The translations under genes were made by a program, and so were the position numbers. A DNA stretch of 63,871 bases, the filler included, from Octopus bimaculoides (lineage: Eukaryota), in assembly GCF_001194135.2 (NCBI RefSeq). It is 5 parts of 4 records of this genome, joined end to end, with 100 filler letters (N's around TTAATTAATTAA, not from the genome) between each part and the next. Parts side by side here need not be neighbours in the genome. Positions count along the whole stretch, not along the records: positions 1 to 26,059 come from NC_068983.1; 4 more parts are not named here. The stretch is one strand, 5' to 3'. Positions 1 through 11,381 of this stretch are shown piece after piece (the first letter of the stretch is position 1; every line of letters begins with the position of its first letter). Under the pieces are notes generated by a model. That model did not search any database, was not told the origin of the DNA, and was given only the letters and a program-made list of their open reading frames with translations.

Positions 1-223
1 ACAAGACGCCATCGTCTCAAAATAAAAATGGCTAGAAAGCCGAAATTGATTTTTAAAACCTGGAAATGTGCCACACAGGGCAGATATCCGTTGCAAAAAA
101 CTTGCACCAGAGAGTCTATAAGTTGTTATACAACTTTCTATATAAAATAAACTTTACAAACAAACTTTTTAAAACATAAAAAAGGCAAAACTTACGGAGC
201 CGACACGTCTACCGTCTGTCCAT

Positions 224-295
<72 letters not shown>
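224..295. repeat. (GATA)n microsatellite
   Basis: Uninterrupted tagatagata run. Confidence 0.95.
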
Positions 296-540
296 GTGTG
301 TGTGTGCATAACGGTTAACTTAATAAAGGACACCAAATGTAACAGATATGTAACAGGTAATAACAACAGAACCACGGAGTCAATAACATAAGTTAATAAC
401 AATCGAGAAGGCTAAATACTTCTTGGACAAATGGTAAGTCTTTAGACGTTCTAAAAAAAATTTTTCGGAGTTTGTCTTTGAAGAAAGCGTGGGAAATTGC
501 TTCTGATAACGTGAGAGCGTGAGATTACGAGTAAAAAAAA

Positions 541-630
541 TCGTGAGACGACTTTGCCGTGAGACGACTTTGTCGTGAGACGACTTTGTCGTGAGACGAC
601 TTTGTCGTGAGAAGACTTTGTCGTGAGACT
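541..630. repeat. 16-bp tandem repeat (TCGTGAGACGACTTTG), about 5.6 units
   Basis: Units start at 541, 557, 573, 589, 605 and 621 (partial). The run contains GTCGT-GAG-ACGAC mini-palindromes. Confidence 0.9.
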
Positions 631-759
631 TGGCGAGTCCACAAGTATCATTCACACTTGACTCGTTGTCACCATCGAAATCTATCTATACCTCATAGAA
701 TAAATAAATAAAAAGAATGGTTTCAAAATTTGGTAGAAGGCAAACAAATTTAGAGGAAG

Positions 760-870
760 ATGAGTGAAATCGATTACATTGACTCCAGATACTTGGTTTA
801 TCAACTCCGAAAAAATAAAAGTCAAAGTCGACCACGGCGGAATATGGACTCAGAACGGAATGAGCCAAAA
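760..870 (-). mobile_element. Degenerate fragment of tRNA-derived SINE family B
   Basis: aatcgattacattgactccag...caaagtcgaccacggcggaatatggactcagaacg matches the other family B copies. Confidence 0.55.
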
Positions 871-930
871 ATAACAAAATTCAGAAATAAACTAAGACAA
901 ACATATATTTATTGTCACTTTTCTCAACAG

Positions 931-1022
931 CAGCAACAGATGAGGTGGTGATTTTGTTGAAGAACGACAATGAAGATTGGTGGGATTATCGGGAAAATGG
1001 GATAAAACGTAGTTGGTTCTGA
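931..1022 (+). CDS. Candidate exon encoding an SH3-like segment (possibly frameshifted or pseudogenic)
   Basis: Strong acceptor ttgtcacttttctcaacAG ending at 930. The only open frame reads (x)ATDEVVILLKNDNEDWWDYRENGIKRSWF*, which fits the SH3 pattern xxGDxIxVL..NEDWW..GWFP. Weak donor at 1009. Confidence 0.4.
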
Positions 1023-1587
1023 AACATATATATGGGTGTGTGCAATTTTATAAATATAGGCGAATGCAAATTTATCTGAATTAAATAGTCAGGATGATAT
1101 AAAAGTTTAGTAGAAACTTTTAACAATGAAAGATTTCAGTATACAGAACGTTGATGGTTTTTCTTATGTTGTGACATTGTTACTATACTTGCATAAGTTT
1201 GTGTTGCTTTTATTGAGCCACATACAATTGTCCTTGTAGATCAACTGGGAGAAACAGACCTATTTTATTCAATAACTTGACATTGAGATTTATTAATAGG
1301 CATTGTGAAAGTCACTGGGATTGGAAACTACAAGAGCGTAAAGGCAAATAGCAGAGTGGTGTCAGGAGGTTCAATTTAATTCACGGCACGGTGACATGCT
1401 TTCGATAGTTCACCTTTCTGTGACAATGTTGCCCTCAGTCGAGCGTTCACAAACATAGATTAGTAGAATTCTTACTCTATTATTTGCAAAGCACATTTGA
1501 GCGTATTGAAATATCACTATAGTATTGCGACACATTCCTTTCCAGTTTATTTTGTTAAAATTATGATTTTCGAATTGCCACCCTTAC

Positions 1588-1588
<1 letters not shown>

Positions 1589-1667
<79 letters not shown>

Positions 1668-1776
1668 CTCTCTTTCTGTCTGTTTCTCTCTCTCTCTCTC
1701 TGTCTCTGTCTCCCTCTCTATCTCTGTCTCCCTCTCTATCTCTGTCTCCCTCTCCCCCTCTCTCTCTCTGACTCAC

Positions 1777-1814
<38 letters not shown>

Positions 1815-1816
1815 TC
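1589..1816. repeat. (CT)n microsatellite with degenerate 18-bp higher-order units
   Basis: Directly visible. Confidence 0.95.
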
Positions 1817-1944
1817 TAATTGTCGATAGCTCCTTTATTTGTTCTTTTCCTGTCTTTTTTTATTCTTTCCGATGGTTCATATTTATTCATAACATATATG
1901 TGCAGAAAAACAAAGGCATTACAATGTTTAATAATTATTCCATA

Positions 1945-2154
1945 TTTTGACACAAGGCCAGCAATTTCAGGGCAGGAGTAGGTCAATTTCATGGACTCCA
2001 ACGTTCAACTGGTACTTATTTTATCGACCCTAAAAGGATGAAAGGAAAAGTGAGCGAAAGTGGAATTTGAATTCAGAATGTAACGAGTAAAAACGAACGA
2101 AATGCCGCTAAACATTTTGATCGGCATACTAACGATTCCGCCTGTTCGCCGCCT
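1945..2154 (-). mobile_element. tRNA-derived SINE family B (Meta-domain-like core)
   Basis: Minus strand carries a GGCGGCGAAC head with A/B-box-like motifs, a CTTTTCCTTTCATCCTTTTAGGGTCGATAAAATAAGTACCAG core and a GGCCTTGTGTCAAAA tail. Confidence 0.8.
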
Positions 2155-2298
2155 CTACAGTGTTTAATAATGGTTGATTGTATCAGTTAACAGTGTATTG
2201 TTGTTTAAGGTTTAAATTGTTTACTCCGTTTGCTGTGGATTGAGAAAGCAGTGTGTCTGAGAGAGGCGGAATAGAAAGAAAAAAGTATTATATATATA

Positions 2299-3145
2299 TC
2301 TACTACGTATGTCGGAAATTCTGTCTATGGGTGTGCTTGTGGAGTTGTTAGCTAACTCCTCCTACATCGTTTAATCGATTTCGATGAAACTTAACACGTG
2401 AGTAGAACTCACGTCTGGAAACCTCATGACATACTCAGATTGTTGAAAAAACTCGATAATAGGACCCCTGGAAGGCATCCTCATATATATCTAATATACT
2501 TCGTTTTAACAGTCAAGGAAAATAACCCATTCAATTTTCTTAATTCATTTGGTATTAATCAAATTGAGTATGCTTATTTCTGAGTATTTGAACTGTTAGA
2601 GTTATTTTCGCAATTTATCCAGTACAGCCCTTAAACAAGTAAACAGTATTTTCCTAAATAATAGATCCACTTATTTCGGTTAGTGACTTATTCGCGAATA
2701 TACCAACACTAGTGCCACTGAGGGTAATATTTTCTGGGAACGCACAAAAGACTTTTTCAGAGTTATTATCTCATATCTGATTAGCCTGTTATTACGTAAC
2801 ATGCTTTAAGATTTTAGTGTACATACCCTATTAGTATTTCCTCTTAATTTCTATATACTCTGGGAATGCATTAAATCCCTTTTCGGCGCTGCTTTATTTG
2901 AATTCTTACTATCGGGTAACTAATTTCATGTTATTACATAACTGACTTCACAATTTGGGTATTCATAACTGAATGGGAATTCCTAAACACAAGATCCTGT
3001 GTAAGACAGTTCGGTATTCTCTGAAAATGCACAAAAACCGGTTTAAGGGCAACATACTTTGTATTGTTGTTATTGGATTAGCGAAACAATTATGAGAACG
3101 GAACCAATGGATAAGCCCCGCTTTCCCAAGAATTACCGGGTACAC
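2299..3145 (+). mobile_element. Non-autonomous Helitron-like element, long form
   Basis: 5' A|TC start after (TA)n. 2300-2480 is about 80% similar by eye to 17081-17250. The 3' cccaagaattaccgggtacac matches the 3' hairpin of the 17-kb copy. Confidence 0.6.
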
Positions 3146-3977
3146 ACACACGCACACGTACCCAACACCTACAACCCCACACAAACACACGCACGCACAT
3201 CCACATACACCCATACACACGCACCCCCCTCCACACACAGAAGACACACACACACCGGCACAAACGAACCCACATATACACACATACAAATGAACCCGCA
3301 CATAACTCCTACACATACACAACACGCACTCACACACACACATCCAAGTATACATACATACACACACGCACACACATCACACACACACATACAAGACACA
3401 TACACACACATGTAGAAACGAACTCACTTACACACACATGCAAATGAACCTACACACAACTCCTACACACACACACACCCAGGTGCACATACATGTACAC
3501 ACACGCAAGTGAACCCACACATAACTCACATACACACACAACAAACAGTGACACATACACGAACACATACTACGCATATACACGCACACACACACACACA
3601 CACACACNNNNNNNNNNNNNNNNNNNNNNNNNNNNNNNNNNNNNNNNNNNNNNNNNNNNNNNNNNNNNNNNNNNNNNNNNNNNNNNNNNNNNNNNNNNNN
3701 NNNNNNNNNNNNNNNNNNNNNNNNNNNNNNNNNNNNNNNNNNNNNNNNNNNNNNNNNNNNNNNNNNNNNNNNNNNNNNNNNNNNNNNNNNNNNNNNNNNN
3801 NNNNNNNNNNNNNNNNNNNNNNNNNNNNNNNNNNNNNNNNNNNNNNNNNNNNNNNNNNNNNNNNNNNNNNNNNNNNNNNNNNNNNNNNNNNNNNNNNNNN
3901 NNNNNNNNNNNNNNNNNNNNNNNNNNNNNNNNNNNNNNNNNNNNNNNNNNNNNNNNNNNNNNNNNNNNNNNNNNNNN

Positions 3978-4004
3978 TGGGGACAAACACAGACATAAAG
4001 GCAA

Positions 4005-4061
<57 letters not shown>

Positions 4062-4282
4062 ACATATATATATATATATATATGTATGTACGTATGTATG
4101 TATCTACGTATATATACGACGGGCTTCTTTCAGTTTCCATCTATCAAAATCCACTCACAAGGATTTGGTCGGTCCGAGGCTATAGTAGAAGACACTTGCC
4201 CAAGATGCCACGCAGTGGGACTGAACCCAGAAACATGAGGTTGGGAAGCAAGTTTCTTATCACACGCATACGCTTGCGCCTA
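3978..4282 (-). mobile_element. tRNA-derived SINE family A (CORE-like) with internal (TA)n/(TG)n
   Basis: Minus-strand head GGCGCAAGCG..., GGGTTCAGTCCCACTGCGTGGCATCTTGGGCAAGTGTCTT core, then internal microsatellite. The 3' part runs into the N gap. Confidence 0.8.
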
Positions 4283-4794
4283 TGTATATACACATCTACC
4301 AAATCCAACGATTCTGGTCATCTGATAAGCTAGCTTTCTGTATTTACACTGATTTGTGAATATACAAGTGATTTGAATAAATGTGTTCGTCTCTCATGCC
4401 TTATGATTTTTTTTTATGGTTTATATAGTCCCCATGAAGAAACTTCATTAATAGGATCTTTTGGATTTCAACGACTTGGACACTGTGTTACACATATCTG
4501 TATTGGATTACAATGCATTCTCATAGCCATGTCCGTTAGAGGAGCTTCCTGTGATTCCCACACAATTCTCTGAACCCGCATGTTTCCCTACAAATTTTAT
4601 ATCTATACAAAGAATAAAGGGGTGGTCATGACTTGAATAAAAACTATTTAGTATTTTCATCCTTTTGAGGGATTCATTGTTAATAATTTTTCATTATTCA
4701 TAATGAACGCCTCAAAGGTGAAAACGCTAAATAATAGTTTTTATCCAAATCCTGACTACCTTCGTACACCACTTCAAACATATATGCATATACC

Positions 4795-4993
4795 TGCGTT
4801 TGTGAGTCTTTCTGTTTGTCTTCCACTACCGCTTGACAACCGGTGCTGGTTTGTTTACGTCCCCATAACTTAGCTGTTCGGTTCGGCAAAAGAGCCCGAT
4901 AGAATAAGTAAGTACCAGGCCGTTCGGTAAAAACACCTTTTTGCGGCGGTGCTCTAGCATGGTCGCAGTCCAATGGCTATAACAAATAAAAGA
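4795..4993 (+). mobile_element. SINE family A, 3' half
   Basis: cgcttgacaaccggtgctggtttgtttacgtcccc...gcggtgctctagcatggtcgcagtc. Confidence 0.75.
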
Positions 4994-5203
4994 TATGTAA
5001 TGAATATGTTTATTTTATGCGCGTGATCCCCTAGTCCGTAGAGAAATTTGTCTTTCATGAAACTGGTCAGTGATGCAAAAAAGGTTAGAACTATTGGTAT
5101 ATCAAAATAAAACGAGGAAGCTTTCCGACCAAATTATTCAACGTACTATAAATGGCAGCCAAAATACTCCTTCAATCACACTATCCTATAATAATTAGAT
5201 TGA

Positions 5204-5414
5204 TTTCAAATTTTGGCACCAGGCCAGCAATTTCAGGGGAGGGGTAAGTCGACTACATCGACTTCAGTATTCAACTGGTACTTAATTCATCGACTCTGAA
5301 AGGATGAAAGGCAAAGTCGAACTCGGTGCAATTTGAACTCAGAACGTAAAGACGAACGAAACGCTGCGAAGCATTTTGCCCAGCGTGCTAACGATTCTGC
5401 CAGCTTGTGACCTT
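5204..5414 (-). mobile_element. SINE family B
   Basis: Full head, core and tail. The head abuts the (AAT)n tract at 5415-5497. Confidence 0.85.
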
Positions 5415-5432
5415 AATAATAATAAAAATAAA

Positions 5433-5497
<65 letters not shown>

Positions 5498-5499
<2 letters not shown>

Positions 5500-6462
5500 T
5501 CTTTGATTAGTTACGAGGGCTCACATACAATTTCATTAAAGGACATGCAACAACATAAAAGACAAAAACGGGACGACACAATGGGTTTAAATAATTTCTT
5601 TATTAGCCACAAGGGTTTACATTAAGAAAAACATTATGGACAATACAGGACAAAACAAAGAATGTGTGTGAGTATGTATGTGAGTGTGTGTTGTAAACAA
5701 GACTAACAAAATTTTTTAAAAAAACAATCAACAATGTGTAATCCTCAATAGAGGGGAAACGTTCGAGGGTTGCTCATGGAAAAACTCCACAAAAACCATA
5801 GGTACCCAGACTTTTGGGATAGGTGCTTTTTTTCCTCTCCTTTTTTTCCAACTACAGGCGTATGCTCAGGGCAGGTCCGTTCACTCGTTCCATTCTCACC
5901 ACTTTCATCCACTTTTCAGCCAACTGGCTAGAAGACAACATTTCCCCCTTGTACCCTTATTTTCCTTTTCAAGTGAATCTTGAAGATGTCGATTAGGGAC
6001 TGATCAAAGAGAAAAGTGTTTGTCTTCAGCCTCTTCAATATCGTCCAACATTCAATTTCTTTCTCCATTGCCACCAAGGCATATAAACACAGCTTTTCCT
6101 TCCCGGTTAAAGGAAGGCGGCGGTGCGATTTTCACTATAGTTTCAGTTGACAGCCTGATCCGTCCTACACGCGACAGCAGGTATTCGACATAAACCTACA
6201 GGTCAACAATGCTAGGGCACTGGACGAGTGCATGCAGGACCGTCTCATCGTTCTGCACACATCTCAGACATGCTCGGCTGACGGCACTTCCGCGCCTTTA
6301 AAGTTTATCTCGGACAGGCAAAGCTCCCCGGTAGCACTGCCAAGCCATAGATTTTTGGAAATTATCCATCGGTCCCGGGCCGAAAGTTCTCTGGAAAGAG
6401 CGGCTAGCTGATCTTCGATGCCCAAGGTCTCCTCAAGAACTTCGTCGCAATTTCTCTCCACT
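5498..6462 (-). pseudogene. Tx1-clade (L1 superfamily) LINE 3' end: ORF2 C-terminus, 3' UTR and (TTA)n tail
   Basis: Minus strand reads CLRCVQNDETVLHALVQC (CX2CX8HX4C knuckle) ... KWMKVVRMERVNGPALSIRL* (stop 5852-5854). Tail motif CCCTTGTGGCTAATAAAGAAAT at 5594-5615. Confidence 0.8.
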
Positions 6463-6844
6463 GTTTGTTGGCACTCCGTCGCTTACGACGTCGAAGGTTC
6501 CAGTTGATCCGATCAACGGAACAGCCTGCTCATGAAATTAACGTGCAAGTGGCTGAGCACTCCACAGACACGTGTACCCTTAACGTAGTTCTTGGGGATA
6601 ATCAACGTGACACAGTGTGACAATGCTGACCCTTTGAATTACAGGCACAGTAGAAACAGGAAGAGTGAGTGAAAATTGTGGTGGAAGAGTACAGCAGGGT
6701 TCGCCACCATCCGCTGCCGGAGCCTCGTGGAGCTTTAGGTGTTTTCGCTCAATAAACACTCACAATGCCCGGTCTGGGAATCGAAACCGCGATCCTATGA
6801 CTGCGAGTCCGCTGCCATAACCATTGGGCCATTGCGCCTCCACT
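6463..6844 (-). mobile_element. tRNA-derived SINE family C with (CAA)-type tail
   Basis: Head GGAGGCGCAATGGCCCAATGGTTATGGCAGCGGACTCGCAG...GGTTTCGATTCC has A and B boxes, followed by about 300 bp of non-tRNA body. Confidence 0.75.
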
Positions 6845-6968
6845 NNNNNNNNNNNNNNNNNNNNNNNNNNNNNNNNNNNNNNNNNNNNNNNNNNNNNNNN
6901 NNNNNNNNNNNNNNNNNNNNNNNNNNNNNNNNNNNNNNNNNNNNNNNNNNNNNNNNNNNNNNNNNNNN

Positions 6969-7103
6969 TTTCATCGACCCCGAAAGGATGGAAGGCATAA
7001 TCAACCTCGGTACAATTTGAACTCAGAACGTAAAGACGGACGAAATGCCGCTAAGCATTTTTTTTTGTTTTTTTGCCTGGCGCGCTAACGATTCTGCCAG
7101 CTC
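6969..7103 (-). mobile_element. SINE family B, partial (next to a gap)
   Basis: catcgaccccgaaaggatggaaggc...aacgattctgccagctc. Confidence 0.8.
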
Positions 7104-7198
7104 AATAACAAACAACTTGACACATTGAGCCTGGTGGCTTTTGGTGAGAACAGAAAAGTCACGGCCGGTCGCCCTTGATCACAGGTCCATCAAATCTA

Positions 7199-9033
7199 TA
7201 GGGGTTGGACAAAATTGAAACACCTTAAAATTTCAAACAAATTTATTTTAATATGGGATAGGACCGCTGGAATCCTGTGATGTGTGGACTCGTACAAAGT
7301 TTGAATTGTTTCAAAAGGAATTTTTGTCCATTCTTCAGCTGAAACAGTTTCCAGCTCTTGTAGTGATGATGGTGAAGGATATCGACTCCTTATTTGTCTT
7401 TCTAAAATGCACCGTAAATGTTCAATAATATTGAGATCTGGGGACTGTGGTGGCCAGATAAGATGTTCGATTTCACTAGAATGTTCCTCGTGCCATTCAG
7501 TAACAACTTTAGCTGTGTGAATTGCTACATTATCATCCTGAAAGATTGCATTTCCCTCCGGAAATACTTCCGCAACCATAGGATGAATTTGATCAGATAA
7601 AATGCTTAAACAGTCTTGACTATTAATTCTGCCATGAAGGGAAACCATTGGGCCGGCGGATTTCCAAGATATAGCCCCCCCCCCCGCCAGATCATCACAG
7701 ATCCTCCTCCATGTTTAACATTTGGAAGAAGGCAGCCTAGGTCAAATGCTTCTTTTGGCTGTCTCCACACATATACTCGGCTGGTGGTTGGAAATAAGGT
7801 AAAGAATGACTCGTCCAAGAAAATAACAATCTTCCACTGCTTTAGGAACCAATTCTGTAGGTTTTTACTCCNNNNNNNNNNNNNNNNNNNNNNNNNNNNN
7901 NNNNNNNNNNNNNNNNNNNNNNNNNNNNNNNNNNNNNNNNNNNNNNNNNNNNNNNNNNNNNNNNNNNNNNNNNNNNNNNNNNNNNNNNNNNNNNNNNNNN
8001 NNNNNNNNNNNNNNNNNNNNNNNNNNNNNNNNNNNNNNNNNNNNNNNNNNNNNNNNNNNNNNNNNNNNNNNNNNNNNNNNNNNNNNNNNNNNNNNNNNNN
8101 NNCTGAAAGTTTGGGCTTTCTTCCGGAGTTTTGTTTCGACGAGAAGGTTTTTCCCTCTTTCTCAAAGGCTGTCATTACTTTCGAGACAGTACTTCTATAT
8201 ACACCAAACATTTCAGTTGTTTTCTTTACGCTAGCGCCTGCCATACGAGCACCAACAATTTGACCTCCTTGAAAGTCTTATAGATCTGTCATTTTAAGGA
8301 TCTATTTTAAAACGGGGGCGCCAGTATTTTCTTAACGAAACACTAACGAAACACTTTGAAACTTGGGACACTGGTAGAATGTGTCATATAAAACATCTTT
8401 TACTCTTAGTCTTCTTAACAAAAAAAAGGAATTCGTAAGTTATTCCATGTTAAAGTTGTCGTATTTCTGTAATTTCAACCAACCACTAACGTCTATTCAG
8501 CTGAATAAGAGTTACTGCTGGGCAGTCATAAATATGTTATTCCCTGTGACATATTTCATCCGGTTTAATCGTAATTTATATGCATATATTGTTTATATAA
8601 TATATTACGCTGTGCGTATCTATGTGTGTAACAATTTTAGAGTTCGGATTCTCGAGTTAGGGTTAGTTTTAGGGTTAGGGTTACGGTTACGGTTAACAGT
8701 CTAGTTAGGGTTAGTGTTAGGGTTAGGGGATTAATACGATATACACCGTTACAGCGCTAACTGTTTTCAACTGAATAGACGTCAGTGATTAGTACCCTAA
8801 CCCTAACCCTAACCCTGGCGCCCCCGTTTTAAAATAGATCCCATTTTAATGAATTTTGATTACCTTTTTCTGGTGATATCTGAAAGAAACAGCAATTTTA
8901 GCAAATCATATTAAGCAACACTAATAATAAATAAAAAAAATATAAAAATAAACAAGCTTTTGACGGTTTTATAGATACTTCAAAATTATGATGCTATGAT
9001 GCTAGTTGTTTCCATTATTTTGTCCAACCCCTG
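7199..9033 (-). mobile_element. Tc1-group DNA transposon with DD36E triad (Incomer-type); transposase decayed; MITE nested
   Basis: TIRs (C/T)AGGGGTTGGACAAAAT at 7199 and 9033 with TA on both sides. Minus strand reads MTDL*DFQGGQIVGARMAGASV..., FLDESFF, FQDDN-(36 aa)-IIEHL. Confidence 0.9.
8298..8841. mobile_element. MITE with 27-bp perfect TIRs, 8-bp TSD and internal TTAGGG-type repeats
   Basis: TIR GGATCTATTTTAAAACGGGGGCGCCAG at 8298-8324 and 8815-8841. TSD CATTTTAA at 8290-8297 and 8842-8849. Degenerate (TTAGGG)n at about 8657-8730 and (CCCTAA)3 at about 8795-8815. Confidence 0.9.
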
Positions 9034-9190
9034 TATAACTTAACATTCCTCCTACCACCCTGTGTTTTGTACACAATCTGTNNNNNNNNNNNNNNNNNNN
9101 NNNNNNNNNNNNNNNNNNNNTGTATGTACTCTCCCACTTGGTTGTATGTTTTGTTTATCGGCCTGTGTGTGTATGTGTGTGTGTGCGTTT

Positions 9191-9229
<39 letters not shown>

Positions 9230-10514
9230 GTAGATAGATAGTCTTTTTAAACAATGCGCATACTTTCCCACTTGGTTGTTTTGTTTATAATACGCATATA
9301 TAATAAGTAAGATACATAGATAGTATTTTTAAACAATGCGTGTACTTTCCCACTTCATTTTGCTTATAACACGCAGACAGACAGACAGACAAACAGGCAG
9401 GCAGGCAGATAGATAAGATGCCTTTGAATGTGAGGTTTTCTTTTATCAATACTGCTGGTGCTTTGTGTTTTCTGTTAGGTACTTGTGTGAAGGCCGAGTG
9501 TGAGATATATTAGAATAAATAAATAAGAAGACAGAGTAAGAGAGAGAGAAGCAAAGAAAGTGAGAGAGGAGGTGAGGAGAAAAAATGATAATTTCTGAAA
9601 ACGCCAAGCATTTTTGTATGAAGAACGGATCTGTTGTCGCTGTGGAGCCAAGAGAGGAATATGTCAGAAAGAGAGAGAAATGTTTTTTTTTCACCACTAT
9701 GTTTCTCTTTCTCTGTCTCTATTTCTCTGCACTCTCTCTCTCTCTCTTTATCTCTATATTCTTCTGCACTCACTCTATTTCTTTGCACTCTCTCTCCCTT
9801 CCACTATTTCTCTGTACTTTCTCTCCCTCTCACTATTTCTCTGCGTACACGCACACTCACACGCGCGCACACTCTCGATCTCTTTCTCCGAACTCTCTCA
9901 TCCTCTCTGTCTTTCTCCGAACTCTCTCATCCTCTCTCTCTTTCTCTGAACTCTCACTTCCACTCTCTTTCTCTCTCTCGCCTCCTCTCTCATTAAAATG
10001 CTCTCCATTTTCAATGCAGATTTTATTCTATTTATCATTATGAGGGCCGTCTACAATTTAACGATGAATCTACGCGAAAGAGAGTTTTATTTTGTTTCTG
10101 ATCTCTTAATATGTGTCATGTAACAAACATGACCTCGTTATATGACGGGAGGAAGTATAATTTTCGGAAACCCGATATCTCTCTGGTAATTGTTTTTCTT
10201 GCAAACTAGACCAAGCAGTAAATAGCAGCAGTAGTTTTAAATGTTGAAGTCATCAAGTAGAGCAGTCAATTGCACGTAGCGTGTACAGCTTTTCTGCGAG
10301 CATCGATTAAATGCTGACAGCAAAATGATTGCCTTACATCAGATTTACATTGCTGGTTATCTCTCATCTTTCTCTTTCATGTCAGGTATCTCAGATTTAT
10401 TTATTTATTCATTTTAGCACTGAACACAGCAGAGGAAATATGTTTCAAATATGGAGGATAGTTACTCATCTGGATGGCCAGCTCATTGTCAACAAATACA
10501 CATATTCACAAGAT

Positions 10515-10556
<42 letters not shown>

Positions 10557-11381
10557 NNNNNNNNNNNNNNNNNNNNNNNNNNNNNNNNNNNNNNNNNNNN
10601 NNNNNNNNNNNNNNNNNNNNNNNNNNNNNNNNNNNNNNNNNNNNNNNNNNNNNNNNNNNNNNNNNNNNNNNNNNNNNNNNNNNNNNNNNNNNNNNNNNNN
10701 NNNNNNNNNNNNNNNNNNNNNNNNNNNNNNNNNNNNNNNNNNNNNNNNNNNNNNNNNNNNNNNNNNNNNNNNNNNNNNNNNNNNNNNNNNNNNNNNNNNN
10801 NNNNNNNNNNNNNNNNNNNNNNNNNNNNNNNNNNNNNNNNNNNNNNNNNNNNNNNNNNNNNNNNNNNNNNNNNNNNNNNNNNNNNNNNNNNNNNNNNNNN
10901 NNNNNNNNNNNNNNNNNNNNNNNNNNNNNNNNNNNNNNNNNNNNNNNNNNNNNNNNNNNNNNNNNNNNNNNNNNNNNNNNNNNNNNNNNNNNNNNNNNNN
11001 NNNNNNNNNNNNNNNNNNNNNNNNNNNNNNNNNNNNNNNNNNNNNNNNNNNNNNNNNNNNNNNNNNNNNNNNNNNNNNNNNNNNNNNNNNNNNNNNNNNN
11101 NNNNNNNNNNNNNNNNNNNNNNNNNNNNNNNNNNNNNNNNNNNNNNNNNNNNNNNNNNNNNNNNNNNNNNNNNNNNNNNNNNNNNNNNNNNNNNNNNNNN
11201 NNNNNNNNNNNNNNNNNNNNNNNNNNNNNNNNNNNNNNNNNNNNNNNNNNNNNNNNNNNNNNNNNNNNNNNNNNNNNNNNNNNNNNNNNNNNNNNNNNNN
11301 NNNNNNNNNNNNNNNNNNNNNNNNNNNNNNNNNNNNNNNNNNNNNNNNNNNNNNNNNNNNNNNNNNNNNNNNNNNNNNNNN

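Noticed and set aside
541-630. Possible CRISPR-like array
   Set aside because: The units are directly adjacent with no unique spacers, there are no cas genes, and the context is eukaryotic.
760-951. 63-aa ORF MSEIDYIDSRYLV...
   Set aside because: Its first half is the reverse complement of a decayed family B SINE.
2963-4333. Many ORFs rich in CV/TH/YI/LS dipeptides (also at 1.5, 9.6, 29.1-29.5, 52.9 and 54.7-55.5 kb)
   Set aside because: They are translations of (CA)n, (TA)n and (CT)n microsatellites, not proteins.
4430-4602. Exon-like segment with a minus-strand acceptor near 4602
   Set aside because: All frames stop quickly or give only vague Cys-motif resemblances, and no partner exon is supported.
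6770-6844. tRNA gene
   Set aside because: The tRNA-like head continues into a SINE body without a proper acceptor-stem closure or T-run terminator. The same applies to the family A and B heads.
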